Below the pieces are notes generated by a model. That model had not been told where the DNA came from. It searched no databases and was given only the letters and a program-made list of their open reading frames with translations. Source: Candidatus Woesearchaeota archaeon (GTDB lineage: Archaea; Nanobdellota; Nanobdellia; Woesearchaeales; UBA9642). From it: a stretch of DNA of 64,000 nt. The position numbers and the translations under genes were made by a program. The stretch is taken from the NCBI GenBank assembly GCA_038884715.1, contig JAWABG010000001.1, positions 38,287 to 102,286 on the forward strand, in the 5' to 3' direction. Shown piece after piece: positions 48,592 through 59,140 of the stretch (positions are counted from its first letter, which is position 1; the number at the start of each line of letters is the position of its first letter).

Positions 48592-48972
48592 TTATTTCAC
48601 TGATAAGTTTGAACTCGACTTTGTTGCTCCGATTCCTGGAGCACTGTGCTCGACCTTTTTTCGAGTCATTACGAGCTCACCAAGATACATACCAATCATT
48701 TCGGGTAGTATAATAACAGGAACAAACTCCTTGCCGTTGTGAATTTTGATAGTCTTTCCAACCATTCCTGGCAAGACAATCATCTCCCTAAGGTGGGTTT
48801 CAACAACATCATTCTTAGCAATTTTTTTAATAAATGCTTTTTTCTCTTCGTTAAATCCTCTCTTGATGCTTCTTCTCTGTCTCGCAGGCAATATTTCTGC
48901 AAGCTCTGAAAGACTAAACCTTTTTAATTCATTAAGTGATTTTCCTCTATATGTAAATTCTTTTTTAGCCAT
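48592..48972 (-). CDS. rps19: 30S ribosomal protein uS19
   Basis: FTYRGKSL...[10 protein letters not shown]...HNGKEF...GIGATKSS. Confidence 0.97.
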   Translation of the reverse strand: MAKKEFTYRGKSLNELKRFSLSELAEILPARQRRSIKRGFNEEKKAFIKKIAKNDVVETHLREMIVLPGMVGKTIKIHNGKEFVPVIILPEMIGMYLGELVMTRKKVEHSAPGIGATKSSSNLSVK

Positions 48973-49112
48973 TTTGAATTAATAATTTTTCATAGATTTT
49001 TTATTTTTTTAACATATAGTATTATTTTTATATATTTGATTATATTTTATAATTGTTTGATAATTGTTGCTTATTATTCTTATATTATTAAATTATAATT
49101 AAATTAAATAGA

Positions 49113-49838
49113 TTATATCTCCATAGACATTTTACCTTTTTTTCTTCCTGTTCTTCGCGGTCTAATCATACCAACTTTTCTTCCAGGAGGAGCATTATGA
49201 GGAGCAGGTCTTGCTTTGCTCTTTCTTGAAGTCCTTTTATTACCAAATGGATGGTCAACTGCATTCTGTGCACTACCACTTATCATTGGATATCTTTTGT
49301 TTCTAGCTCGCATGTAGTGGTACATGTTTCCTGCTTTTAGGAATGGTTTTTCTTTTCTTCCCCCACCCGCAACAACACCTATAGTTGCCCTGCAACTAGG
49401 ATGAAATATCCTAATTTTTTTTGAAGGTAATAAAACACTTACACCACTATCAGTTCTTTGGGTCACTTTTGCAAATCCCCCACTAGTTCTCACAAATTTT
49501 CCACCATCTCCAGGAACTCCTTCAATATTATATATGGGTGTACCTTCTGGAATGTCCTTTAATAAAAGTGTATTACCTGTCTTCAAATCTGCATTCTTGC
49601 CGTTGATTATTGTATCTCCAACTTTCATATCTTCATTAGCAATAACAAAACCCTCACTATCATCATCATATTTCACTTGAGCAAGAGGTGCAGAATGTCC
49701 TCTGCATCTTATTATATCAATTATATTTCCTGTAGCATCGCCAAACTTAATTTTAGCACTGGCTTTATAATTAAAACTTGGTGCCCTATACGTTGGGCTT
49801 CCTTTTCCCCTAGCCTGTTGAATTAAGTTTTTTCCCAT
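49113..49838 (-). CDS. rpl2: 50S ribosomal protein uL2
   Basis: QARGKGSPTYRAPS...GDGGKFVR...NAVDHPFG...PPGRKVG. Confidence 0.97.
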   Translation of the reverse strand: MGKNLIQQARGKGSPTYRAPSFNYKASAKIKFGDATGNIIDIIRCRGHSAPLAQVKYDDDSEGFVIANEDMKVGDTIINGKNADLKTGNTLLLKDIPEGTPIYNIEGVPGDGGKFVRTSGGFAKVTQRTDSGVSVLLPSKKIRIFHPSCRATIGVVAGGGRKEKPFLKAGNMYHYMRARNKRYPMISGSAQNAVDHPFGNKRTSRKSKARPAPHNAPPGRKVGMIRPRRTGRKKGKMSMEI

Positions 49839-49848
49839 TTTATAATAT

Positions 49849-50097
49849 TTACATCATTCCGAGTTTAGTTGCAATATCTATTGCTGGTGTATCATTGCTG
49901 AACTTTACATATGCTCTTTTAACTCCCCCCGCATCAATATGTGTGTTTATTTTTGTTATTTTCACCTTAAACTCTTCCTCGATTGCTTTTTTTATGTCAT
50001 TCTTTGTTGCTTTTTTATCTACAACAAAGACAAGTTTGTTCTCTGACTCCATTAATCTTATGGATTTCTCTGTTGCAAGAGCATATTTTATTATCAT
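49849..50097 (-). CDS. rpl23: 50S ribosomal protein uL23
   Basis: TEKS...ENKLVFVV...KRAYVKF...IATKLG. Confidence 0.96.
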   Translation of the reverse strand: MIIKYALATEKSIRLMESENKLVFVVDKKATKNDIKKAIEEEFKVKITKINTHIDAGGVKRAYVKFSNDTPAIDIATKLGMM

Positions 50098-50160
50098 TTT
50101 GTAATATATTTTATTATCTTATTTTGAATTTTTTTGATTTTCTTCTCAATAAATAATATT

Positions 50161-50985
50161 TTATGTGTTTTTGTTTTGTGTAGTTTGGAATAAACCATTA
50201 TTTAATATCTCGATTGCTCCTTTTGTATAAAGAGTTAGTCTTCCGGGTTGAGCTGCGGGAGCAAGCAGGGCAGCATTTAATTCATTTATTTTTACAATAT
50301 CAACTCCGGGAATGTTGTTACCAAATTTTAGTAGAGGACATTTCTTTGAAACAACAATGAGAGGACCTTTTTTAGTGATGTATTTTCTTCCTCTCATTTT
50401 TCCTCTTCCCGCTCTGATTTTGATTTCAGAAACTCTTTTGAGTTCTTCTTGAAAACCAAGACTTTTTAGCGCCTTTAAAAGATCTTTTGTCTTATTAATT
50501 TCTTCAAAAGAATTATCAATAATAAACGGAAATTCTTTTGGAATAATATGATTTCTTGCTTTGATATAATCAATATTTATTGAACCAGCTATCGCGCTAC
50601 ATATTGCCTTTCTATTTTCTTTCTTATTAATTTTTTTCTCCCAAATTTTTTCAATATTAGGTGGGTGTGCTCTCCTTCCTCCTCTTGTTTGAGGTGCAAA
50701 TGCTCCAACCCAATTCATTTGAGAACCTCTTCTAGTTAATATTTTCCGTGGAACTCTTGAAATTCCCTTACCATAACTTCCCCTATAATTTCTTCTCCTT
50801 TTTGAAACAAGGGCGCTTGCCTTTTTTCCTGCACGAGGATCTGGAGAATAAGGCTGCCGATTATTGGCATTTAAAGTAAGTACTGCTCTTTTTATTAGAT
50901 CTGGTCTTATCTCTTCACTAAATTGAATAGGAAGATCTATTTTTCCTGTTTCCTTTTTTTCTTGATCAAAAATAATTAATTTCAT
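50161..50985 (-). CDS. rpl4: 50S ribosomal protein uL4
   Basis: RPDLIKRAV...GGRRAHPP...RAGRGKMRGR...PGRLTLYT. Confidence 0.97.
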   Translation of the reverse strand: MKLIIFDQEKKETGKIDLPIQFSEEIRPDLIKRAVLTLNANNRQPYSPDPRAGKKASALVSKRRRNYRGSYGKGISRVPRKILTRRGSQMNWVGAFAPQTRGGRRAHPPNIEKIWEKKINKKENRKAICSAIAGSINIDYIKARNHIIPKEFPFIIDNSFEEINKTKDLLKALKSLGFQEELKRVSEIKIRAGRGKMRGRKYITKKGPLIVVSKKCPLLKFGNNIPGVDIVKINELNAALLAPAAQPGRLTLYTKGAIEILNNGLFQTTQNKNT

Positions 50986-51001
50986 TTTTATTATACTTTT
51001 T

Positions 51002-52000
51002 TTATTTACCTTGATTTGACTTTAAGCTAATATACTCAATCGATGGAACTTCAAGAGGCTTTTTTCCCATTATGGATTTTGTTAGTAATATTAGTCTTTT
51101 TTTTGGGCCTGAAACAGACCCTTTTATTAAAACATATTCTGATTTTATAAAACCATAATTTACAAATCCGCCTTTTGGATTTATTTCCTCTGGCTTATTT
51201 GAAATTTTCATTATCTGCTTATTATAATCTATTCTTTGATGAAACCCTGTTTGCCCTGCATGTGGAACTCTATACATAACATGCCCTTGTCCCGACCAAC
51301 CTCCTAAAGAACCAGGTCCTCTTTTTGTTTTTTCTGACTTATGAGGTCGTATCTGAATTCCAAATCTTTTTACTGGCCCTTGAAATCCTTTTCCTTTTGT
51401 TATTGCACGAGTATCAACTAACTCTCCCTCTTTAAAAACAGAACTCAATGTGATTTCCTTGTTGTGGTGTGCTTTTACAAATTCAAACTTATCCTTATTT
51501 GATCCGCCTAAACAAATCTCAAAAAGCTCCGGCTTTTTCTTAAGATGTATTGAAGATGGTGTTGTATAAACTGTGATTGTGATTTTAGAATAATTATCGG
51601 GATTTATAGATGAAAAATCAGAAGAAGGATTTGAAAAATGAGACTTTGGAAGATTTGTTTTTCTTAACAAAAACTTATCTGTTTTAAAAAAAATCTCTTT
51701 GTCAAGATAAAAGCCGTAAGGGTTTTTTTTATAAAATCTGACACTATTTATCTTTATCGGAGGACACTCAACAATTGTTACTGGAAGTGTAATTTCCTGT
51801 CCTTTTGTCAGTGAGTGCTTACCGTTATCGATGATTGTTATGTGAGTCATACCTGCTTTATAACCTGCAAATGCCAATGGCAAAGCATCTTTCGTGTTCT
51901 TTGCAAAAGACCATTTTCTTATTCGAGGATACATTCTTTTAGCCCTGACTCTAGGCCAGAATTGCATACTTCCACTCCTCGGATTATTTGGTTTTGGCAT
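51002..52000 (-). CDS. rpl3: 50S ribosomal protein uL3
   Basis: PRSGSMQFWPR...GYKAGMTH...TKGKGFQGPVKRFG...AGQTGFHQR. Confidence 0.98.
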   Translation of the reverse strand: MPKPNNPRSGSMQFWPRVRAKRMYPRIRKWSFAKNTKDALPLAFAGYKAGMTHITIIDNGKHSLTKGQEITLPVTIVECPPIKINSVRFYKKNPYGFYLDKEIFFKTDKFLLRKTNLPKSHFSNPSSDFSSINPDNYSKITITVYTTPSSIHLKKKPELFEICLGGSNKDKFEFVKAHHNKEITLSSVFKEGELVDTRAITKGKGFQGPVKRFGIQIRPHKSEKTKRGPGSLGGWSGQGHVMYRVPHAGQTGFHQRIDYNKQIMKISNKPEEINPKGGFVNYGFIKSEYVLIKGSVSGPKKRLILLTKSIMGKKPLEVPSIEYISLKSNQGK

Positions 52001-52183
52001 CTTTAATTTTTATACAAAACCTCAAAAATTATTTTCAATTTTTGCAGGCTCTGCTTAGTTGATTTCTTTATATATAATATTATATAGTTTATATACTGAG
52101 TTTATATAGTTGAGTTGGTTCCTAAAACTAAATTTCGTTATAAGTTATATATTATTTAGTCGCATTTGTGGACAAATATAAAA

Positions 52184-52267
52184 AGGAATAAGCCTATTAG
52201 TGAAATCCTTCTTAGAACTCGCAAGGTTCGGTAATGAAAAAGGATTCTTTTCAGGCCTTATTTTCCT
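52184..52267. ncRNA. ~85-nt multi-stem hairpin between the putative uL3-operon promoter and the uL3 start (candidate leader RNA or small ncRNA)
   Basis: Nested complementary blocks: aataag/cttatt, gcct/aggc, aatcctt/aaggatt, gaac/gttc, with a c-gcaa-g apex on the plus strand. Confidence 0.45.
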
Positions 52268-52360
52268 GTACTTTATTAACTATAGTTTATATTTTAATTT
52301 ACATAAAGTATATTAATATAATTTATATACAATATGCTATCTCGGAGGAATGATGAGGTG

Positions 52361-52376
52361 TTTATAAATATATCGG
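52361..52376 (-). promoter_or_regulatory. BRE-TATA candidate for the ribosomal protein operon
   Basis: CCGATATA-TTTATAAA on the minus strand, ~360 nt upstream of the uL3 ATG. Confidence 0.5.
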
Positions 52377-52459
52377 TAGTATCCCTGAAATTTACTTATC
52401 TAAGCACAATATTTATCTAAATCAAAGAAAAATCAATGAACATACATTTATCAATAGAA

Positions 52460-53944
52460 TTAGTCTTTAGCATCCCCTATCTCAATTTCATATTTTTTAG
52501 GTGGTGAATTTTTGTTTTCTTTTTTTTCTTTGTTTGTACTAATAATAGCTTCTGCATCCGCAACTTGATTTTTTTCTGTTTTCTGTTTTCTCCACACCCC
52601 ACTCATTGTCTTAAATTCTCGAAGTGTCGCTCTAACTCTTTGTACAGGGTTCTTTATTCGTTTATGATTTTCATTATTACAGTAAACACCAAGTGATTTA
52701 TAATAAGCTTCATTATCACAATTAGGAGGAAGAACTTTTTTTCTATTTTGCTTGTGATAACGTAGCTGTCCAACAACATAATTCTCTCTTAATGGCTCCT
52801 TATTTTTTTCATTCCATTGATGAATCCTTTTTTCAATATCTTCGTAACTCCAATTCATACATGACAAAAAATTTATTAATATTAATAAGCCTCTTTTTCT
52901 TCCATCTTCTAGACCGTTCAAGATTTTCTTAATACAATCAGGAAAAAATTCTTCAGGAATTTTTTTGCCTATTTCATTAAGATATTGTATTGAATGAAAT
53001 TTTTTATCTTTTATTTCAAATCTTTTTTCATCTTTTATTTTTGGATTAAAATCAAACGCTTCTCTCAATAACAAGCTTATCTCGCCCTTTACTGCATTCT
53101 TCCTGTCAAGAAAAGAAATTATTTGTTTTATATTTTCAGGTCTTGCATCTTCCTTAGTGAAATTCAACAACCTATCAGTGTCAATTGGCAGAGATATAAG
53201 ACCAGATTTTTCATGAAAGCTGTATGGCATCCTGTACATATGACGCGGACTTATTAAAACAGTATCAATTTCTATGAATGGCTCTGCATTTATTTTGTAA
53301 TGTATAATTCCTTTTTTTGTCTCTTGAATAATAATGTCTTTTCTTTGCAGTCCTGTTTTTTGCAAAATACTATCAACATTTTTTTCAATTTGAAATATTG
53401 CTCTGCTTACTGGTTTTGAAATTAAATATTTTAAGTATAGTGCTATTCTCTTTGGTGCTTCAGGAAACATTTTATTGATTGGAATTTTATTAACAATTTC
53501 AGGAAAACACTCAAAAGGCACACCTATATGAAATCCTTTATTTCCTGAAAACTTCACACTAATACTTTTTACTCCATATTTTTGCAAGGCCTTAATTGTG
53601 TAATATGCAGCAATCTTGCTGTAATCAAAAACCTTACAATCTATATCTATTATTAAGTCAAATCCTATTCGTAAATCGTCAAGTTCGTGCTTTTTTTGAT
53701 TTGTTGTTAGCTGAAGAGGGTTTTTCCATAATTCTTCAGAACAGTGAAAACTTAATGCCCCTTGTTTTGCTAGTTCAAGGACGTCATTTTCATATTTCAA
53801 AATGTCTGGTCGTTTACCAAATCCTTCATTAAAATGTACTGCAACTTCTTTATTTTTTGAGTGCTCAATCATTGCTGCTCTAACATCTGCTCGTTTATAA
53901 AAAGATAAGGTGTTACGAATATCAATATTTATTTCTCCAGTCAT
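52460..53944 (-). CDS. priSL: Fused archaeal DNA primase (PriS catalytic domain plus PriL C-terminal Fe-S domain)
   Basis: GFDLIIDID, KFSGNKGFHI and RMPYSFHEKSG (PriS). FFPDCI...DGRKR...LPPNC...YC...KNP (PriL-CTD). Confidence 0.92.
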   Translation of the reverse strand: MTGEINIDIRNTLSFYKRADVRAAMIEHSKNKEVAVHFNEGFGKRPDILKYENDVLELAKQGALSFHCSEELWKNPLQLTTNQKKHELDDLRIGFDLIIDIDCKVFDYSKIAAYYTIKALQKYGVKSISVKFSGNKGFHIGVPFECFPEIVNKIPINKMFPEAPKRIALYLKYLISKPVSRAIFQIEKNVDSILQKTGLQRKDIIIQETKKGIIHYKINAEPFIEIDTVLISPRHMYRMPYSFHEKSGLISLPIDTDRLLNFTKEDARPENIKQIISFLDRKNAVKGEISLLLREAFDFNPKIKDEKRFEIKDKKFHSIQYLNEIGKKIPEEFFPDCIKKILNGLEDGRKRGLLILINFLSCMNWSYEDIEKRIHQWNEKNKEPLRENYVVGQLRYHKQNRKKVLPPNCDNEAYYKSLGVYCNNENHKRIKNPVQRVRATLREFKTMSGVWRKQKTEKNQVADAEAIISTNKEKKENKNSPPKKYEIEIGDAKD

Positions 53945-54146
53945 AAATAATAAGAAAAAGAAAAGGATTTAAATTGATTGTGAACTTCTAAATATATATT
54001 ATCTTTGCGTCTGAATAATGCCTTGCGTGATAATAGACATAATAACAAATATTGTTTTTTATAATAGTAATAGACTACATATTTTTTAATACTCTTTATC
54101 AGAAAATAGTATAATTTAATTAAGTTTTATCAAAAAATTATTTGTA

Positions 54147-54650
54147 TTAAAATTCTTCAAATATTCTTTTTCCTTCGTCTTTTCTTATGCATAAAAGAAC
54201 CTTTTTATCCTTATTTATGTAGCTTGCGAGGACCCGCCCAAAGAGTATAATATGATCTCCAGCATCTAGTTGACTTTCTAGACGACATTCAAAATTAATT
54301 GTTGCATCAGAAATAAGAGGGGACTTTATTGTTCTTGCAGGCTCTGTTTTTATTTTTGTTGCCTTAAATTTATCTATCTCTGCTCCCTTCATTGTACCAA
54401 AAAAATCAAGCTCTGGTTCAAGTTCTTTATTAGGCACAGCCACAATAAATTCTTTACTTTGCGCTATTAGATTGTAAGTATTACCCTCTTTAGCTAAAGA
54501 GATTGCAAGCATTCTTGGTTCATTAGAGCATTTCATGAAGCATTTTGTTACTGTACCGTTTGGTTTTCCTTCTTTATCTACAGATATAACAAATACATAA
54601 ATCTCGGGCTTTAATTTTTCAAATGCTTCTGTAACAGCCACTTCTTCCAT
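54147..54650 (-). CDS. Flavin reductase family protein (DIM6/NTAB)
   Basis: VISVDKEGKPN...SKEFIVAVP...DKF...FECRL...AGDHIILFGRV. Confidence 0.9.
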   Translation of the reverse strand: MEEVAVTEAFEKLKPEIYVFVISVDKEGKPNGTVTKCFMKCSNEPRMLAISLAKEGNTYNLIAQSKEFIVAVPNKELEPELDFFGTMKGAEIDKFKATKIKTEPARTIKSPLISDATINFECRLESQLDAGDHIILFGRVLASYINKDKKVLLCIRKDEGKRIFEEF

Positions 54651-54753
54651 TAAAATTAGAAAAAAAAGGATTTATAAAAAACTATCGAAAGTTATAAAAT
54701 AGGTAAATATAGATTGAGTAATATTTTAATACTAATATTATTATTTTAAATTT

Positions 54754-55113
54754 GTGAATAAAAAATTACAACAAGAACTGCTTAGAGAAATAAATAAGGC
54801 TAAAGATGATTTAACAATTGTAGAAGGAATAAAAGATAAAAAATCTTTAGAAAGTCTTGGTTTTAAGAGAATATTATTAGTAAAAGGTCCTTTATTTCTA
54901 ATGATAGAAAATATTACAAAATTGAATAAAAAGAACAAAAAAATAAATATCCTTACGGATTTAGACAAAGAAGGTAGACAAATTCATCATATTCTTAAAG
55001 ATGAATTATGTCGTAGGGGAATAAAGTGCAATGACAGGCTTCGTGAGATTTTGTTCAAGACAGAATTAAGGCAGATTGAGGGATTAAAAAATTATCTAGA
55101 AAAAGAAGAATAA
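54754..55113 (+). CDS. Small stand-alone Toprim-domain protein (RNase M5-like)
   Basis: IVEGIKDKKSL and ILTDLDKEG Toprim motifs. Confidence 0.9.
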   Translation: MNKKLQQELLREINKAKDDLTIVEGIKDKKSLESLGFKRILLVKGPLFLMIENITKLNKKNKKINILTDLDKEGRQIHHILKDELCRRGIKCNDRLREILFKTELRQIEGLKNYLEKEE

Positions 55114-55548
55114 AAATTACATAATATAATTCAAATTATCTGAATATTATCTGCAAATATTATATAAAACTCCACAAAACTGTCATTTATTATAACATAG
55201 CTGTATTTATGTAAGTAAGTAAAATTCTGTTTTGACATTGAGACAATAATAGCTTCTAAATACTCAACTTTTTTCCAGAAGGTAAATATGAAACACCACT
55301 TAACTCTAACCATAATAATTAATTTTATTTTTGTCTTAAATGTGTTAAAATTGATCTTTTAATTCGTACTTAGCGCCAATCCTTGCTCAAATTTCTTATC
55401 TTCTTTTTCAAAATCATGAATAAACAAACAGGTTCTTAAAATTTCAGTTTACATTATTCCAAAAATTTGATTTCATAGATTGCGAGAAATATCTTAGATT
55501 ATAAAAAAGTATTGACTTGATAATCGAAAAAGTATATAATTATTTTCT

Positions 55549-55824
55549 TTAATTATTTGTTATAAGCATCACTTCATAATCTTCTATATCTGGATATTTT
55601 ACTCGAAGAAAAAAAAGAAAATTGTCTAGTTCTACTGCAGTCTTAAAGTCAGCAAAAAATGAAAGCTCTGCATTTCCAATATACTCTCTAATCTGTGTCA
55701 CATTTTTGTTCATTCTAATATATTCTTTTAGCAAATTAATTACAAGAAAAGCAGTATTGTATGTTAGCCTCAACATGAACTTGGGAAAATAGAAACATAC
55801 CGTGAAAACAAAACAGAAATGCAA
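55549..55824 (-). pseudogene. Probable orphan Lrp/AsnC-type C-terminal ligand-binding domain lacking an HTH
   Basis: LKEYIRMNKNVTQIREYIGNAELSFFADFKTAVELDNFLFFLRVKYPDIEDYEVMLI resembles the RAM-domain pattern. No N-terminal HTH. Start uncertain. Confidence 0.4.
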
Positions 55825-55879
55825 AAAATAAATTTTTAATTTCTTGTTTTTTTATTTATTTTAGGATTTTTAAAGTTTC

Positions 55880-56797
55880 TCACATCGCTTCAAGTCTTTT
55901 AATTCTCTCATCGATTGGTGGGTGTGTTGAGAATAAATTATTCAACCAACTTTGCTTATTTCTGAGAGGGTTTTCAATCCAAAGATGAGCCATCCCTTTA
56001 TTTGCGGTGTCAACTACTTTATCATTGTCATTCTTTATTTTTTTCAACGCATTTGCTAAACCTGGAGGATACCTTGTAAGCAAAGCACCATTCGCATCTG
56101 CCAAATATTCTCTTTTTCTTGATATGGCAAGCTTTATCAGCTGTGCAATTATAGGAGCAAGAATTGCGAGAACAATTGCTATAAGAACAAACAGTATACC
56201 GAGATTCCCACTGCCCCGATCATTATCCCTCCTACCACCACTCCAAAGAAATGCCCTAAACATAATATCGGACAATAACACTATTACACCTACTAGCACT
56301 GCTGCAAGCAGCATAGTTCGAACATCAAAATTTTTTATGTGAGAAATTTCGTGGGCAATAACTCCCTCTAACTCTTGTCTGCTTAGTTTTTTTCTTGCAC
56401 CCGATGTGATTGTTATTGATGCGTGCTGTGGATCTCTACCTGTCGCAAATGCATTTATTGATTCTTCTTTAATCATATAAATCTTTGGCATTGGAACTCC
56501 AGCAGCAATTGATAGTCCTTCAACTGTATTATAATAATATGGATCTTCTTTTCTAGTGATTGGTTTGGCTTTTACAGTAGCTAGTAATATAGAATCCCCT
56601 GTATAATAAGCTATCAAAATATAAATTATCGAAAAAATAAAAGCAATTACCAAAAAAGGAATAGCGCCATATAATGAATTTGTAAATCCAAGACCGAAGA
56701 CAAATGCAAGAACAAGAATGAACAATGTAAAAACAACAAACAACATATAGCTCTTCCATTTATTTGAGCTTATTTGAGAATAAAAATCTGATGCCAT
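55880..56797 (-). CDS. htpX: Zn metalloprotease HtpX (M48)
   Basis: NAFATGRDP, HEISH, SRKREYLAD, FSTHPPIDERI. Confidence 0.96.
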   Translation of the reverse strand: MASDFYSQISSNKWKSYMLFVVFTLFILVLAFVFGLGFTNSLYGAIPFLVIAFIFSIIYILIAYYTGDSILLATVKAKPITRKEDPYYYNTVEGLSIAAGVPMPKIYMIKEESINAFATGRDPQHASITITSGARKKLSRQELEGVIAHEISHIKNFDVRTMLLAAVLVGVIVLLSDIMFRAFLWSGGRRDNDRGSGNLGILFVLIAIVLAILAPIIAQLIKLAISRKREYLADANGALLTRYPPGLANALKKIKNDNDKVVDTANKGMAHLWIENPLRNKQSWLNNLFSTHPPIDERIKRLEAM

Positions 56798-56912
56798 TGA
56801 ATCACCATTTATAATTATTGAAAAAAAAACATGAAAGTAATATAGGATTCTGCGAGCTATAATAAAAAATGAAGTCTGTTTTTCTATGCATACTTTCTTT
56901 TAAAATATGCAT

Positions 56913-57467
56913 CTAAAACTGAACTTTAATTGCTTTCCTCTCTTCTTCACTATCTGTCTTGAAAAAGTCCCTTTTAACAAAGTTAAACATTCCTGCGATG
57001 ATGTTTGTTGGGAACATCTGTATTTTGTTGTTAAAAACGAGGACAGAGTCATTATAAAATTGTCTTGCATATGCAATCTTGCTTTCTGTTCCGCTAAGTT
57101 CTTCTTGTAACTGTAAGAAATTTTCATTGGCTTTTAATGTAGGATATGCCTCTGCCACTGCGAACAATGATTTGAGTGCGCCCGCAAGCATTCCATCTGC
57201 TTTTGCTTTTTCTGGAATACTTTTTGCATTAGCCATCATATTCCTTGCTTCTGTTACCATCTTAAAAGTTTCTTTTTCGTGTTTTGCATAACCCTTTACT
57301 GTTTCAACTAAGTTAGGAATAAGATCAAATCTTCGCTTGAGCTGTACATCAATTTGGCTCCAAGCATTATCAATCCTATTTCGTAATACAACCAAGCTGT
57401 TATAAGCTATAATAAGCCACAGGATAAGTATTATAACAACTATCAATATTATTATTCCAATAACCAT
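56913..57467 (-). CDS. lemA: LemA family protein
   Basis: [30 protein letters not shown]...[12 protein letters not shown]. Confidence 0.97.
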   Translation of the reverse strand: MVIGIIILIVVIILILWLIIAYNSLVVLRNRIDNAWSQIDVQLKRRFDLIPNLVETVKGYAKHEKETFKMVTEARNMMANAKSIPEKAKADGMLAGALKSLFAVAEAYPTLKANENFLQLQEELSGTESKIAYARQFYNDSVLVFNNKIQMFPTNIIAGMFNFVKRDFFKTDSEEERKAIKVQF

Positions 57468-57729
57468 TTATACCCCCTCCCATAGGTAATTTTATTATAA
57501 ATATAATTATATAAACATATTAATAAGTATTATATTTTATTTATAATATTTTATGTATATCAATTGAGAGAGAAACCTTATTTATAAATGTTATGAAATA
57601 AGTTACTAATGTATTAAAAAATTTGTATAGTTAAAAACTGATTATTTAATTTAGAAATTAGTTATTTGAACAGAGGTCTGAAATATAAATAATTCTAAAA
57701 AAATAATCAGATAGCTTTAGTTTAAAGAA

Positions 57730-58587
57730 TTAAGTAAATATTATTGGAGTAACATACACCTCAAGTAATGCAGCAAGAAACAGTAAACCAAGACTTAATA
57801 ATAACAAATCTGCACTGTCTAATAAAACATGTTCAAATTTTCTTGTTCCAAAATCGTGTCTAATTACTGCAACACTAATTATCCCTCCTGCAAGACCTGC
57901 AGTAAAATACGCGAGTATTTCTGGAATTCCGTGGATAGCATACTTAAATAAACCTATAGAAATCACACCAAAATAATGAGAAATCTTGTCAAAACCAAAA
58001 ACATCTGAAGCTCTTGAAAGTCCTGCCCTTATAAAATTTCCAATAGCCACTCCAATCACAGAAGCATTCCACGCTAAAATAAACATTGCTCCTGCTCCAT
58101 AAAGAAATGAAAATAGAATACAAAAAACCAGTACCTTCAAATTATTTGAGAATATGTGGGTAAATATTTTTAATGAATCTGCAATTGAAAGACCTGTCAC
58201 GCCTCCATTAATAGCCTTTATTGTATTACTCTGAGCTTCAAATAATACTCCAACAGTTTCGGATGGAAGCACAACAAACCACAAAGCTGCTGCAAGAAGT
58301 ATTCCAACGAATAAAAACATAAAACACTCCAGAGCTTTTGCATGCTCCTTTAAAAGAAACTTTTCTTCAAGGTCTTGCAAATCCTTTTTTTCTTCTTCTT
58401 TAATAGATTTAATAACTAAAGGGAGACACGCCATTGTTGTAAAAAAAACCATTATCATACTTGCATAACTCTTGAATATCCACATAGCTAAAAGACTTGC
58501 AATACTACAATAAAAAAAACCAAGGAAGATGAGTTTATAAGGGTTCTTGGTCATTGTAAATGGATTAACAAGAGATTCAATAACCAT
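57730..58587 (-). CDS. SpoIIM/DUF95-like multi-pass membrane protein; start probably ATG 58587
   Basis: IFSNNLKV...ILAWNASVIG...HGIPEILAY...AALLEVYVTP. TATA-like element 22 nt upstream of ATG 58587. Confidence 0.85.
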   Translation of the reverse strand: MVIESLVNPFTMTKNPYKLIFLGFFYCSIASLLAMWIFKSYASMIMVFFTTMACLPLVIKSIKEEEKKDLQDLEEKFLLKEHAKALECFMFLFVGILLAAALWFVVLPSETVGVLFEAQSNTIKAINGGVTGLSIADSLKIFTHIFSNNLKVLVFCILFSFLYGAGAMFILAWNASVIGVAIGNFIRAGLSRASDVFGFDKISHYFGVISIGLFKYAIHGIPEILAYFTAGLAGGIISVAVIRHDFGTRKFEHVLLDSADLLLLSLGLLFLAALLEVYVTPIIFT

Positions 58588-58703
58588 ACTAATTTCTACT
58601 AACAGGGTGTTTATATATTTTGTGCTGAATCTTAATGAAGTACAAAAACTGATTAAACACAAAAACCACAACTTTTTAAAGATGTATAATTTCCTTTTTT
58701 AAT

Positions 58704-59111
58704 ATGAATTATGAAGAAATGCTTGAACGGGGTAAAAAGAAACTGCCTGATTTTTCAGAAAACACAGAAAGATTCATAATACCACAAGTATCAGGACATT
58801 TAGAAGGAAATAAAACAGTTATAAATAATTTTTTTCAGATAGCCAGTGCCATTAATAGAGATCCTGACCATTTATTAAAATATTTATTAAAAGAGCTTGC
58901 AACACCTGGCGAATTCAAAAAACAATTATTAGTGTTAGGAAGCAAGGTTCCAAGCCAAAGAATAAATGAAAAGATTGAAAAATATATCCAAGAGTTTGTG
59001 ATTTGCAAAGAATGCGGGAAGCCAGATACAAAATTGTCTAAGGAAGAAGGAGTATATTTTATAAAGTGTCAAGCTTGCGGTGCAAGACATAGCATTTACT
59101 CAAGAATTTAA
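58704..59111 (+). CDS. eif2b: Translation initiation factor aIF-2 beta
   Basis: ERFIIP...GNKTVINNF...KELATPG...CKECGKPDT...CQACGA. Confidence 0.96.
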   Translation: MNYEEMLERGKKKLPDFSENTERFIIPQVSGHLEGNKTVINNFFQIASAINRDPDHLLKYLLKELATPGEFKKQLLVLGSKVPSQRINEKIEKYIQEFVICKECGKPDTKLSKEEGVYFIKCQACGARHSIYSRI

Positions 59112-59140
59112 GATAAAAGAATAAAAAACAAAAAAATAAA

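Noticed and set aside
52184..52267. Hairpin as tRNA, 5S rRNA or SRP RNA
   Set aside because: No cloverleaf, no 5S or SRP helix-8 consensus recognisable. Kept only as a generic structured RNA candidate.
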